Positions 9,076 through 17,647 of a stretch of DNA of 64,000 nucleotides are shown here, one piece after another. Under the pieces are notes generated by a model. That model was not told where the DNA came from, searched no databases, and saw nothing but the letters and a program-made list of their open reading frames with translations. The stretch comes from Candidatus Aenigmatarchaeota archaeon (GTDB taxonomy: Archaea > Aenigmatarchaeota > Aenigmatarchaeia > QMZP01 > QMZT01): assembly GCA_041489155.1 (NCBI GenBank), contig JBGPQP010000006.1, positions 1,338 through 65,337 of the forward strand. The letters are read 5' to 3'. Each line of letters begins with the position of its first letter. Position 1 is the stretch's first letter. Made by a program: the position numbers and the translations under genes.

Positions 9076-9600
9076 TTAACCTATCGCCCTCAGCTGCGCC
9101 CTGAGCTTCTCCAGCTGGCCGTACACGTTTTTCATGTGGTCCTCGACCTCGCCCCTTTCTTCCGGTTCGAGGTCCTCTTCCTCGTAATCCTCCGGCCTTT
9201 CCATTGCCTGGGGCTTCATGAAGAACGCATCGAGGTTCGATGTTAGCTCGTTGAGTTCGTCGAGGGTTTTTTGCGCGATTTCTATGCCATTTGCCACTTC
9301 CCTCTGCATGTCCCTCAGAACGTCAAGCGCATCCCTGAGGTTGAGGATGTAAGAGCGCAGATCGCGTATATTTTTAACGATGGCCCTGTACTTGTCGACT
9401 TTTATGAAAAGCGGCGGAGATTGCGTCGAAGGCGTTGGTCTTGGCGCGGGCGCTCTGGGAGCAGGAGCCCTCTTTATCTCTGGCAGTTGTACAGAGGGAG
9501 AGTAGTTTTCCTCTGCCGGTTGCTGTTCAGAATCAGCTTCTTTCTCTTCCTCTGGCTGCAGCTCCTTTATCTCCTTTGCCTTGCTTTTAAAGAGCTTCAT
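9076..9600 (-). CDS. Hypothetical protein: acidic/Pro-rich disordered N-half plus coiled-coil C-half
   Basis: Start moved to ATG 9600 (MKLFKSKAK); the track ORF ran into the tRNA-Gly gene. PAPRAPAPRP linker, then heptad-like LFIKVDKYRAIVKNIRDLRSYILNLRDALDVL... Confidence 0.6.
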   Translation of the reverse strand: MKLFKSKAKEIKELQPEEEKEADSEQQPAEENYSPSVQLPEIKRAPAPRAPAPRPTPSTQSPPLFIKVDKYRAIVKNIRDLRSYILNLRDALDVLRDMQREVANGIEIAQKTLDELNELTSNLDAFFMKPQAMERPEDYEEEDLEPEERGEVEDHMKNVYGQLEKLRAQLRAIG

Positions 9601-9653
9601 AGTAATTATTTCCCGCGCGTCAATAAATATATTAATTTCGCCACTGTTCCGCA

Positions 9654-9793
9654 TGCGTCGGCCGGGAGCTTCAGACGGAAACAGACGAAGTCTGCTTCAT
9701 GCGCCTTTTGAACCCGGGCTACAGGCTTGGCAAGCCTGTGTCCTATTGCCCATTCGCTCTCGCGAAGCGAGCACCAGGCTAGACTACCGACGC
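9654..9793 (-). tRNA. tRNA-Gly (GCC) with two non-canonical introns: D-loop (9746-9773, 28 nt) and T-loop 59/60 (9668-9706, 39 nt)
   Basis: Acceptor GCGUCGG/CCGACGC, D stem GUCU/GGAC, anticodon arm CAGGC-UUGCCAA-GCCUG, T stem CCGGG/CCCGG. Removing both insertions gives a 73-nt cloverleaf with T-loop UUCAAAU. Both insertions can be drawn with BHB motifs. Confidence 0.85.
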
Positions 9794-9877
9794 ACAATTT
9801 CGATGGACGACCTGAAATATAGAGTCAAATCGTCAATCGCTGTTTGGTAATAATTTTTGCTTTGCTGGATTTAAAGC

Positions 9878-10174
9878 TTAGCCGAACAGGGCCCCGAAAC
9901 CTTCGGCAGCGGAGTCTTCCTGCTCCTTTATCTTCTTCAGCACCTCGTCCTTCTCATGGCCGGCGACTTCCTTCCCCTTGTCGCCGATAAGATGCTTCGC
10001 CTTCTCTATCGCCTCGTGGGAGCCGTCAATCTCAAGGTAATAGCCGTCCTTGTTGAAACCGAGCGCTCGGGCTTCCCTGAAATTTATCGTATGCCTCGAC
10101 ACAGTATCGTCTGCGTAAAGCAGGTTCTTGACTCCTGAATAATGCTCCATGGTTATGAAGAAAACCGTCTTCAT
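9878..10174 (-). CDS. 98-aa protein with a ribosomal-stalk-like C-terminal tail (..EQEDSAAEGFGALFG)
   Basis: ATG 10174 preceded by GGAGGU at a 6-nt spacing; the longer track start is unsupported. The beta-rich N-domain is unlike aP1. The last 7 residues, GFGALFG, resemble the conserved aP1 tail GLGALFG. Confidence 0.7.
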   Translation of the reverse strand: MKTVFFITMEHYSGVKNLLYADDTVSRHTINFREARALGFNKDGYYLEIDGSHEAIEKAKHLIGDKGKEVAGHEKDEVLKKIKEQEDSAAEGFGALFG

Positions 10175-10261
10175 GCTCTTACCTCCTGAACATAACATTC
10201 GTTTTATTATCTGAAATATTTCGCGCAAGAATTAATATTTATTCCCTGCCGGTTTTTCAGG

Positions 10262-11731
10262 TTAATCCTGTCCCCCGTAATATTTCTGGCCCTGATAGCC
10301 TCCATAACCATAATCCTGGCCTGGCGAAGTTTTCGCTTTCTTGAAGGCGAAGATTATCAGGACCACGGCGACTATTATTATTACCGGTATTGCCACCAGC
10401 ATCCAGTTGAATCCCGCCGGTTCAGAAGGTTCAGGTTCGTTATTGCCGTTGCCATTGCCGTCTCCGCCGTTATTCACCTTAAGGTCGTCGAGCGTCTCGA
10501 TAAACTTCTCCGCTTCAAGGATGTCTTCCCCGTATGAGGTCTGGTTGTATTTTTGCTCATAGGCGTTTTTCTCTTCTGTTATTTTGTCCTTGAGGCTCGG
10601 GTTAGAGCTCGCGGCGTCTTCAGCGTACCTGACCGCGTCCGTGAGCAGCTCGCCTATCGAAAGGTAGGCGGTCGCAATCTTTTCGTTGTTGTTATTCATC
10701 ACTTTGAACTCAAGCCTGTAGAGCTTCTCGCTGCCAGGCGTGACGCTGAACACCGCGGTTACTTCGTCTCCCTTCTCCACCATAAAGGTCTTTTTCTTCG
10801 GGTCTATGGTAAGCTCCTTGTCTGAGCTGGCTTCTACGGTGAAGTTTTGTGTAGCCTCCTGGTTGGAAACCACCACCCTGAACAAGACCTCATTCGGAGT
10901 CTTCAGGTTTATGTTCTGCGGTATGACGCGAGCGTCAAAGCCAAGCCTTTCCGTGTCGCTGACCCTTACTATGACGTCCTGCTGCTTCTTGCAGGCCTTC
11001 ATGTCGCAGCCGTCGACCTGCGCCATTATAGTCATGGTGTAGTTGCCCTCGCTGTCAGGCGCCTTTATCTTGAAGGCCTTGCTGATCATCGGCTTCGAGG
11101 ACGATGTCGTCACGACCGGCGTTCCGAAATCGTTCTGTAGATTAGTCGCTATAGACAGCCTTATCCTTATGTTCGCATAGGAGGTTATGTAAAGGGTCTT
11201 CGAGAGAAGCTCGCCTCTCTTCGCGATAATCGGGTCTTCTGTGAAGCTCAGGTCGATGATATCGGCGTTTTCGCTGAGCAGCTTGCACACATCGGACCTG
11301 TTGCTCAACTCGAGTCCTGTGTCAACATCGTCGTAATTCGAGACGCATATGCCGCCGGAAATAGAATTGGAAACGCCAAGTTCAAGGGAGGAAAGGCGGA
11401 TGTTGTAGAAGGAGAAGTCGCCCTCCTTCTTTTCTGAATAATAGAAGCACACGGGGTTCTTGTTCATCATGCCCGGACTCAAAATCACCTTGTTGTACGT
11501 CGTCTCCGCCCAAGGGCTTGCATCCTTGCTGACCTCGATTATAGTCTCAGTCTCGCTGTCAATGCTGCTCATGCCGAGGTCCTGCGGCAGGCTGACATAA
11601 ACGCACTTGTAGCCTGTTCCCGGCTGCACTGAGAAAATCGTACCGGTGTCAAGTGCCTGCACAGATGAAACAAAAATAAATACAGAAAACACGAGCAGCA
11701 TCCCAAGGGCCAAGGACAAAGACGGTTTCAT
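10262..11731 (-). CDS. Secreted surface protein with a C-terminal TM anchor
   Basis: Signal peptide (..VSSVQA|LD), beta-sandwich-like region, helical segment, GDGNGNGNNEPEPSEPAGF linker, TM WMLVAIPVIIIVAVVLIIFAF, Gly/Tyr-rich cytoplasmic tail. Confidence 0.75.
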   Translation of the reverse strand: MKPSLSLALGMLLVFSVFIFVSSVQALDTGTIFSVQPGTGYKCVYVSLPQDLGMSSIDSETETIIEVSKDASPWAETTYNKVILSPGMMNKNPVCFYYSEKKEGDFSFYNIRLSSLELGVSNSISGGICVSNYDDVDTGLELSNRSDVCKLLSENADIIDLSFTEDPIIAKRGELLSKTLYITSYANIRIRLSIATNLQNDFGTPVVTTSSSKPMISKAFKIKAPDSEGNYTMTIMAQVDGCDMKACKKQQDVIVRVSDTERLGFDARVIPQNINLKTPNEVLFRVVVSNQEATQNFTVEASSDKELTIDPKKKTFMVEKGDEVTAVFSVTPGSEKLYRLEFKVMNNNNEKIATAYLSIGELLTDAVRYAEDAASSNPSLKDKITEEKNAYEQKYNQTSYGEDILEAEKFIETLDDLKVNNGGDGNGNGNNEPEPSEPAGFNWMLVAIPVIIIVAVVLIIFAFKKAKTSPGQDYGYGGYQGQKYYGGQD

Positions 11732-11783
11732 ATAATTTAATTTGTCTTCTGTGTAATATATATTCTCTGGAAAAGCCGGAACT

Positions 11784-12590
11784 CTATTTCTTGCTTTTGC
11801 TTCCCTTCATTTTCCAGAAGGCCAGCAGGCCAGCGATTACGATGACCGCAGCAAGGAAAACGATGATTAATAAATTATTATCCAAAATGCTCGTTGGGCT
11901 GCCGCCTGCCATCTCACCGGTCACCGTTATTTCTTTTTGGATAGTTTTTTCAGCGAAACCTTCTTTTGAAAGAACCACTCTAATGTTCATGATGTCAGGG
12001 TCAGCCTTGAAACTTGCCAGGCCTGTTGTGAAGTAAAGGTCTTTGAAAGTATCATCGTAGACAAGATAGCCTTTTATTTCCGAGTTTTGAGGGCATTCTA
12101 CCTTCACGTAGACAGTTTCTCCTGCATCAAAAACGAGGCCCACATCATCACATGCTGTGTCGTAGCAAATAACCGCTTCGCAATCGCTGAAGCTGTCTAA
12201 TGCCCCTGCGACATAGAACGTCGTCGTTTTTTCACCTATAACATTGTCTGATTCGTAAATTCTGACAGAATGTACGTATGTCCCTGATTTTGAATACTCA
12301 CTAACATCAAAACTTAAGTCGGAAATCATGGTATTGTTGTTAGGTTCAATAACGAATGTCTCATAAAGCGGCATTGGCTCTATTCCCGGGTAAATCAGAT
12401 ATTGTTCAACGGTTATGTTCACCTGTGTGCTTTCATTATTTACTAACACGGTTCCCAAATCTACGGAATCTCCCGAATAAAAGGTCTCGCCATTTACATC
12501 TTGGAAGTTTACGATTTCCAGAGAATAGGCTGATGAGGTTAAAAGGATAAATATCATCATTGAGAACAGCATAAAGTCTTTAAATGACAT
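11784..12590 (-). CDS. Secreted protein with a C-terminal TM anchor
   Basis: Signal peptide MSFKDFMLFSMMIFILLTSSAYS|LE. C-terminal TM LLIIVFLAAVIVIAGLLAF followed by KMKGSKSKK. Confidence 0.7.
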   Translation of the reverse strand: MSFKDFMLFSMMIFILLTSSAYSLEIVNFQDVNGETFYSGDSVDLGTVLVNNESTQVNITVEQYLIYPGIEPMPLYETFVIEPNNNTMISDLSFDVSEYSKSGTYVHSVRIYESDNVIGEKTTTFYVAGALDSFSDCEAVICYDTACDDVGLVFDAGETVYVKVECPQNSEIKGYLVYDDTFKDLYFTTGLASFKADPDIMNIRVVLSKEGFAEKTIQKEITVTGEMAGGSPTSILDNNLLIIVFLAAVIVIAGLLAFWKMKGSKSKK

Positions 12591-12605
12591 TTATTCACCT
12601 CTGCT

Positions 12606-15600
12606 TTATTTACATATACATCCGGTTCTATGAGTCATATCGTAAGGGTCTTTCGGAATGCATTCCTTTTCCGGTGGTATTGGCTTTCTGCAATCTTTGC
12701 AGTAACACTGGCCACCAGATATTCCCGTTACTACATTCTTGTAACTGCCATCTCTTTGTTCGCAAGAATCTCCAAGCTTTTTCTTTTCGCCATAAGGTCC
12801 TTGGCAATCGATCAGTGAACATTTTTCAGTAATAGGGTCTTCTTGATAGCCATATACACACATGCATCTACAATCATTGCCGTAATTTTGCCAAATCGGG
12901 CAGCAATCTTTTTCGCAATTTTTTTGTGAATTGCATGTGAATGTTGATGTTGGCTTACATGGCTGATTTACCTGTTTGTCGCTGTTCTTTCCAACTCCAC
13001 ATCTGTTATCAGTTACCGCCGGGATTGTTGGTTGTTGTTGTGTCGGTTGTGTTGGCTTTGGTTTTGTAATGTCTTCAGTGACGCAACACTTTCCTTTAAT
13101 GCGATCATTACAGCATTTTTCAACTTCTTCGTTTGTAGTCTTTAAGTTGCAATCAGAACAATATTTAGCTGACGTAGCTGTGCATCCTTCAGCTATTTCT
13201 TCTACGAATGTGCATTTTTTTGTCTTCCTTTCACAGTTTGTTTTGCCTTGCGAATCTGCATAGCAGTAATAATCGCCCTTTATCTTTTTCTCGCTGTAGG
13301 TAAGGTCGACTTTCTGCGGCAGGGCGAGCTGTATGGTCGGGTCGCCAAGCAGCATGTAGTTCGGCTTGTAGCCTTTTTCGGCAAATCTTGATTTTATCAC
13401 GTTGCTGTTAATCGATGAAATAAGGGCATTGCCGAGGTCATATCCTAGGCCATCGGCTTTGCTTCCCAGTATGCGCGAGCTTATCTCTGGCCCCGCATGG
13501 CTGTAACGAGTGGGACTGACTGCCCCATAAAAGGCTAGCACGCCATGTCTTATGAAGTCTGTTCCCAAGAGATTGTTGTTTGTTGATGAATAATAATCAA
13601 GGCTTGAACATGTAGCTGCGACTACGACCGATGAGTTGAACTCCTGCTCGAGCGGGGTTTCTATTTTGGCTGCTGACCAGCTGTTGGCATTGCCGTCATC
13701 ATCGTATATTATGATATCCTGCTCTGTCAGGACATTTTTGTCGGCATAGCTAAGAATGTCATAATAAGATTTGAGCGGGCTGCAGGCAGGCGACTGCAAA
13801 GATGAATAAAGTTTATCATCAAAGAAGCATTTGACATCGTATAAATTGTGATTGTTGCTATCCTTCAAAGCAATTAATTTTTTGGCAAACTCATCAACGT
13901 AGCCTTGGTAGTCAACAAAGTTGGCAGCCAGCATACCGATGTTTTTATATTCGCTGGTTTGGCCTGCTTCTGATACATAAGAAAAACCATTTCTGGAAAA
14001 AGTTATAACCCTGCTCACATACACCGATGTGTCTGTAACCGTTGTGCCGAATATTCTGCCAACGGCTTTGCCTTTCGAATATTCTATGTCAAGCGGCTCC
14101 CTTATCTCCAAAATCTTTCCCTTTTCGCTGCCTTCGTATTCTTTGCAGTCTTTGTATTTGCTGAAGGGGATCGCTCTCGGCGAGGCAAGCACAGTGAGGT
14201 ACATGTTTTGGTTACTTGACATGTCCACTTGTTTTTTCATGTCCTTCTTAACGCTTTCTGAAGCACTTAGTATAGAGTCTTCGAATTTCTTCTTTTCAGG
14301 GCTCAGCTGTTCGTATTTGACGCATTTATCTTCCGCTTCTGTTTCGCTTGTCTTGACGCCTTTTTCAAGAGGCTCCACGTCAGTGAAAACTATCAACTCG
14401 TTTTTGATGCTGGCGAGAATGGGCGCAACAAGGGAGTCCTTGCAGTGGGATTTTGAAAGTTTGCCGAAATCGGTATAGTATTTGAAACTCTCGCAGCTGC
14501 TGTCCTCTATGTCCTTCGGGTTCACCAGAATGGCTTTGTTTGGTTCCATTACTCTCGTGTAATATTGCTGCAATTCCGATAAGGTAAGATTCATGGAGCA
14601 CTTGTCGTACTGGACGTTTCCTATGCAGTAAACGTGGAAGCCTTCGTTTGGCTCCGAGCCTCCTTTTTGGAAGCCTCCCAACTTATTTACTGCATCTCTG
14701 TATTCTTTGACTTCAGCGGCATCAAAAAAGAGCGGGGAATTGATGGATGACGCGAAAAGGCTTGATATGAGGCCGGTTTTATAGTCCTTTTCTGAAAAAA
14801 CAATTCTTTCTATATTGTTGTTATAATAATAGTCTGCCTGCATCTCGCCAAAATTAAACCTATTTTCGGCAGTATCACTGTTATCATTTTTCATTGAAAG
14901 TAGCATTAGAGATGTATTATACCCGTATTTTTCAAGCGCAGATAGTAATTTTTGCGAAACAGGGCCGTTATGATATATGGCAACAGATCTATGTCCATAT
15001 TGTCTCAGAAAAATGGGAATCTGTTCAAAATCGATTTGCTCGCCTTCCCTGTGATATATGATGGTTGGACCGTAAAGTATATGTTTTTTCATCTCTTTCA
15101 TCCACGCGTCTGATGGCGGCTGTAATTTTGTTTCAAGGGCTTTGGGCACATAATGCCGTGTCGTAATCGGAATGATTTTAAGGACATCCATCCAGTTGGT
15201 ATCGTCTATTAAATTGACCCAGCCATCGTCTGCAATGTCCATGCCTCCGGTTTCCTCTGTTTCAGTGCCCGTAGAACATGAATTTCCATGCTCACTTATC
15301 AGTTTTTTTATGCCATCTGACAATTTTGTGAGTATGTTGATAATATCCTGAGGCGAAGGCTCGCTGTTTATTTCGATTGGCTTTATTTCGTTCTCAAGGA
15401 AACTGATGAAAGGGCCGCACGATGACACGTGGAAATAGCCAAAGCGCATCTTGCCGCCTACCTTCGCGTAGTAGACCAAGACATTATAGGCAGCGTTTCC
15501 GCTTGTTCTCATGCCGAGCGTCGCATAGGACTTGTTGCCCGTAGTTTCAAAGGAAGCATCATCAGCCTGAGGCGTGTCGATTATCAATCTTATCAAAACA

Positions 15601-15788
15601 CTGTTGTTCTGCTCGAGGCCTGTGATTATGCTATTTGCCTGGTCCCTGTATGAACCAAGCATGCCGAGGTTATCCGTTATCTTATCTTCGCTCTGCGCCG
15701 CAACAAGAAACGGCGCGATGAGAAGCAAGATGAGCAGCGGTGTTGTGATCAAAAACAAGGCGCGGATAGCTTTTGATTTCATATTCAT
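12606..15788 (-). CDS. 1060-aa secreted protein: possible C25 (gingipain)-like domain plus a Cys-rich C-terminal module
   Basis: Sec signal (..PFLVAA|QSE). VVVAATCSSLDY and NYMLLGDPTIQLALP resemble the C25 catalytic-Cys strand and C-terminal motif, but the expected GH is GN (DDDGNANSW). The last ~230 aa carry dozens of Cys in EGF-like spacing, interrupted by a PTQPTQQQPT linker. Confidence 0.7.
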   Translation of the reverse strand: MNMKSKAIRALFLITTPLLILLLIAPFLVAAQSEDKITDNLGMLGSYRDQANSIITGLEQNNSVLIRLIIDTPQADDASFETTGNKSYATLGMRTSGNAAYNVLVYYAKVGGKMRFGYFHVSSCGPFISFLENEIKPIEINSEPSPQDIINILTKLSDGIKKLISEHGNSCSTGTETEETGGMDIADDGWVNLIDDTNWMDVLKIIPITTRHYVPKALETKLQPPSDAWMKEMKKHILYGPTIIYHREGEQIDFEQIPIFLRQYGHRSVAIYHNGPVSQKLLSALEKYGYNTSLMLLSMKNDNSDTAENRFNFGEMQADYYYNNNIERIVFSEKDYKTGLISSLFASSINSPLFFDAAEVKEYRDAVNKLGGFQKGGSEPNEGFHVYCIGNVQYDKCSMNLTLSELQQYYTRVMEPNKAILVNPKDIEDSSCESFKYYTDFGKLSKSHCKDSLVAPILASIKNELIVFTDVEPLEKGVKTSETEAEDKCVKYEQLSPEKKKFEDSILSASESVKKDMKKQVDMSSNQNMYLTVLASPRAIPFSKYKDCKEYEGSEKGKILEIREPLDIEYSKGKAVGRIFGTTVTDTSVYVSRVITFSRNGFSYVSEAGQTSEYKNIGMLAANFVDYQGYVDEFAKKLIALKDSNNHNLYDVKCFFDDKLYSSLQSPACSPLKSYYDILSYADKNVLTEQDIIIYDDDGNANSWSAAKIETPLEQEFNSSVVVAATCSSLDYYSSTNNNLLGTDFIRHGVLAFYGAVSPTRYSHAGPEISSRILGSKADGLGYDLGNALISSINSNVIKSRFAEKGYKPNYMLLGDPTIQLALPQKVDLTYSEKKIKGDYYCYADSQGKTNCERKTKKCTFVEEIAEGCTATSAKYCSDCNLKTTNEEVEKCCNDRIKGKCCVTEDITKPKPTQPTQQQPTIPAVTDNRCGVGKNSDKQVNQPCKPTSTFTCNSQKNCEKDCCPIWQNYGNDCRCMCVYGYQEDPITEKCSLIDCQGPYGEKKKLGDSCEQRDGSYKNVVTGISGGQCYCKDCRKPIPPEKECIPKDPYDMTHRTGCICK

Positions 15789-15828
15789 ATTTATTCATAT
15801 TTAGACACATATTATTAAATAATTATTT

Positions 15829-17646
15829 ATGAAGGCGATGAAGGCGCAGGTAGAATTCATAGTCATCTTCGCCCTGATAGCCGTCGCAGCCGTGGTGATT
15901 CTGGTTTCTTCGAGGCTATTCGTCATCGGCGACACGAATCCAGCGATAACCGGAACCGAGCAGGAGAAAAAGTTAGTGAGCGATTCCATCCTTAACGCGA
16001 TAAGAAACGCGGCTAAAGACGAACTGAAAGAGATATACCAAACCGGCGCCTCCGAGGCAGCAACTAGGAAAATCAAGTACAGCATGAAAGACATCGGCGT
16101 ATGGCAGGACTGCGATCTTACGCAGACGCCGAACGTCGAACGGCTACTCCGGAACAAAATAGAAGAAAGTTTAACGACGATATTCAAGCCTGAGATGGAG
16201 TTTTTCGGCAAGAAAGTTTACTTCGATGTCAGGAACATAGACGTCATTGTAAAGCTGCAGGACGGCGGCGTAAATATAGACGTGAACATGCCGACCGTTG
16301 TCGAGAATTCGAGCATAGCGCAGCCTTATAGCATAGTCGTTCCCTCGAAGCTGAAGAAGATACTTGAGACCAGCAAGGAGATAACCGACAGGAACAACGC
16401 ATCGAGCTTCTTCGAAGTGGCGACTATCAATTCAATTCTGCATTCGAACCCCGAAATCGTGGACGAGTGGCTGCCGACCATCGATTTGAAGACCGGCTGC
16501 TGGAACGCGCTTTTCAAAACCGAGCAGGAAGCAGCCAATACACTGGAGACCTTTGCCAAATACACCGCAAGCCACACGGTATACAACAGGCAGGTTATGG
16601 AAATACCGGACAATCCCTTTTACGTCTTCGGGGTTTCCGATTCTGACATTAACGTATCATTCATATACCCGGATGAATGGGACATGACAAGCAACATCGA
16701 AATCACGCCCAATCCTCTTGTTTTCTATCCGAAACCCATTCTCTCTTTTTCATCGGTGTGCATTGAAACGACCGACGTCCGCTATTCGATGAGATATCCT
16801 GTGATCGTCTCAATAAAGGACGATGCGATGGGAGAGCTGTTCAATTTTGTACTCATGGTGAACATAGATGATAACCAGCCGGGCTGCGGTTTTGTCAAAG
16901 GGACTAAAGCGCCTTATTATGAAAAATGCTTTTTGGAAAGCGGTTGCCCGGTCACCATAAATGTAAAGGATGCGAACGGCCTTCCGCTTCCGAATGCGCT
17001 GGTTACATTTGGCGAATGCTCGCTGGGATGGACCGACTATGCTGGCGCCCTTAGCTCGCTGGCTCCATGTATGATAGGCGAGCTTGCTGCGCACAAGGAA
17101 GGCTACAAAGAATACAGGAAACTGATGAAGGCATCTGACCTGCGCGATTATGCGATAGCGATGGAGGCAGAAGGCAAGGAGATGACAGTCCACTTTTACG
17201 GCGTCCCGCTCAAGTCAGGGGAATACATGGGCGGCGGCAGATACGTTGACTATGCTGTTTCCGGTCAGGGAAGGGAGATGAAGCTTTTCGATGAGGAGTA
17301 TTTTGTCCTCGTGTACATGAAGCCCAGGGAAGGCGAAAACGTGATGCTTTACAACCTTGACGCCAGCGGTTTCACGTCGGCGTCAAAGGCGATGATAAAT
17401 AGCGGTTCGTACGACATGTTCGGCGCCGTGGTGAACAACATGACAGGCGATACAGTCGGCTACATAGAATCAGCCTACCTTTCCAGCGGCAATGAAAACG
17501 AGCTTTATGTCTATCTGCCTCTTGTGGAAAACCTCCATGAGGCGCTACAGCCGAGCGAAATATACAAAATGAAAGCTGCGTTTGGCGAATGCAATCTAAA
17601 CGTCGTGAGCGCCAGCCAGCAGAACGTGAGCGTGCCATGTGGTTGA
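15829..17646 (+). CDS. Large extracellular protein with a type IV pilin-like (class III) signal peptide candidate
   Basis: N-terminus MKAMKA|QVEFIVIFALIAVAAVVILV: basic, then A|Q, then E at +3, then a hydrophobic helix. Internal CarboxypepD_reg-like stretch VTINVKDANGLPLPNALVTFG. Confidence 0.7.
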   Translation: MKAMKAQVEFIVIFALIAVAAVVILVSSRLFVIGDTNPAITGTEQEKKLVSDSILNAIRNAAKDELKEIYQTGASEAATRKIKYSMKDIGVWQDCDLTQTPNVERLLRNKIEESLTTIFKPEMEFFGKKVYFDVRNIDVIVKLQDGGVNIDVNMPTVVENSSIAQPYSIVVPSKLKKILETSKEITDRNNASSFFEVATINSILHSNPEIVDEWLPTIDLKTGCWNALFKTEQEAANTLETFAKYTASHTVYNRQVMEIPDNPFYVFGVSDSDINVSFIYPDEWDMTSNIEITPNPLVFYPKPILSFSSVCIETTDVRYSMRYPVIVSIKDDAMGELFNFVLMVNIDDNQPGCGFVKGTKAPYYEKCFLESGCPVTINVKDANGLPLPNALVTFGECSLGWTDYAGALSSLAPCMIGELAAHKEGYKEYRKLMKASDLRDYAIAMEAEGKEMTVHFYGVPLKSGEYMGGGRYVDYAVSGQGREMKLFDEEYFVLVYMKPREGENVMLYNLDASGFTSASKAMINSGSYDMFGAVVNNMTGDTVGYIESAYLSSGNENELYVYLPLVENLHEALQPSEIYKMKAAFGECNLNVVSASQQNVSVPCG

Positions 17647-17647
17647 G

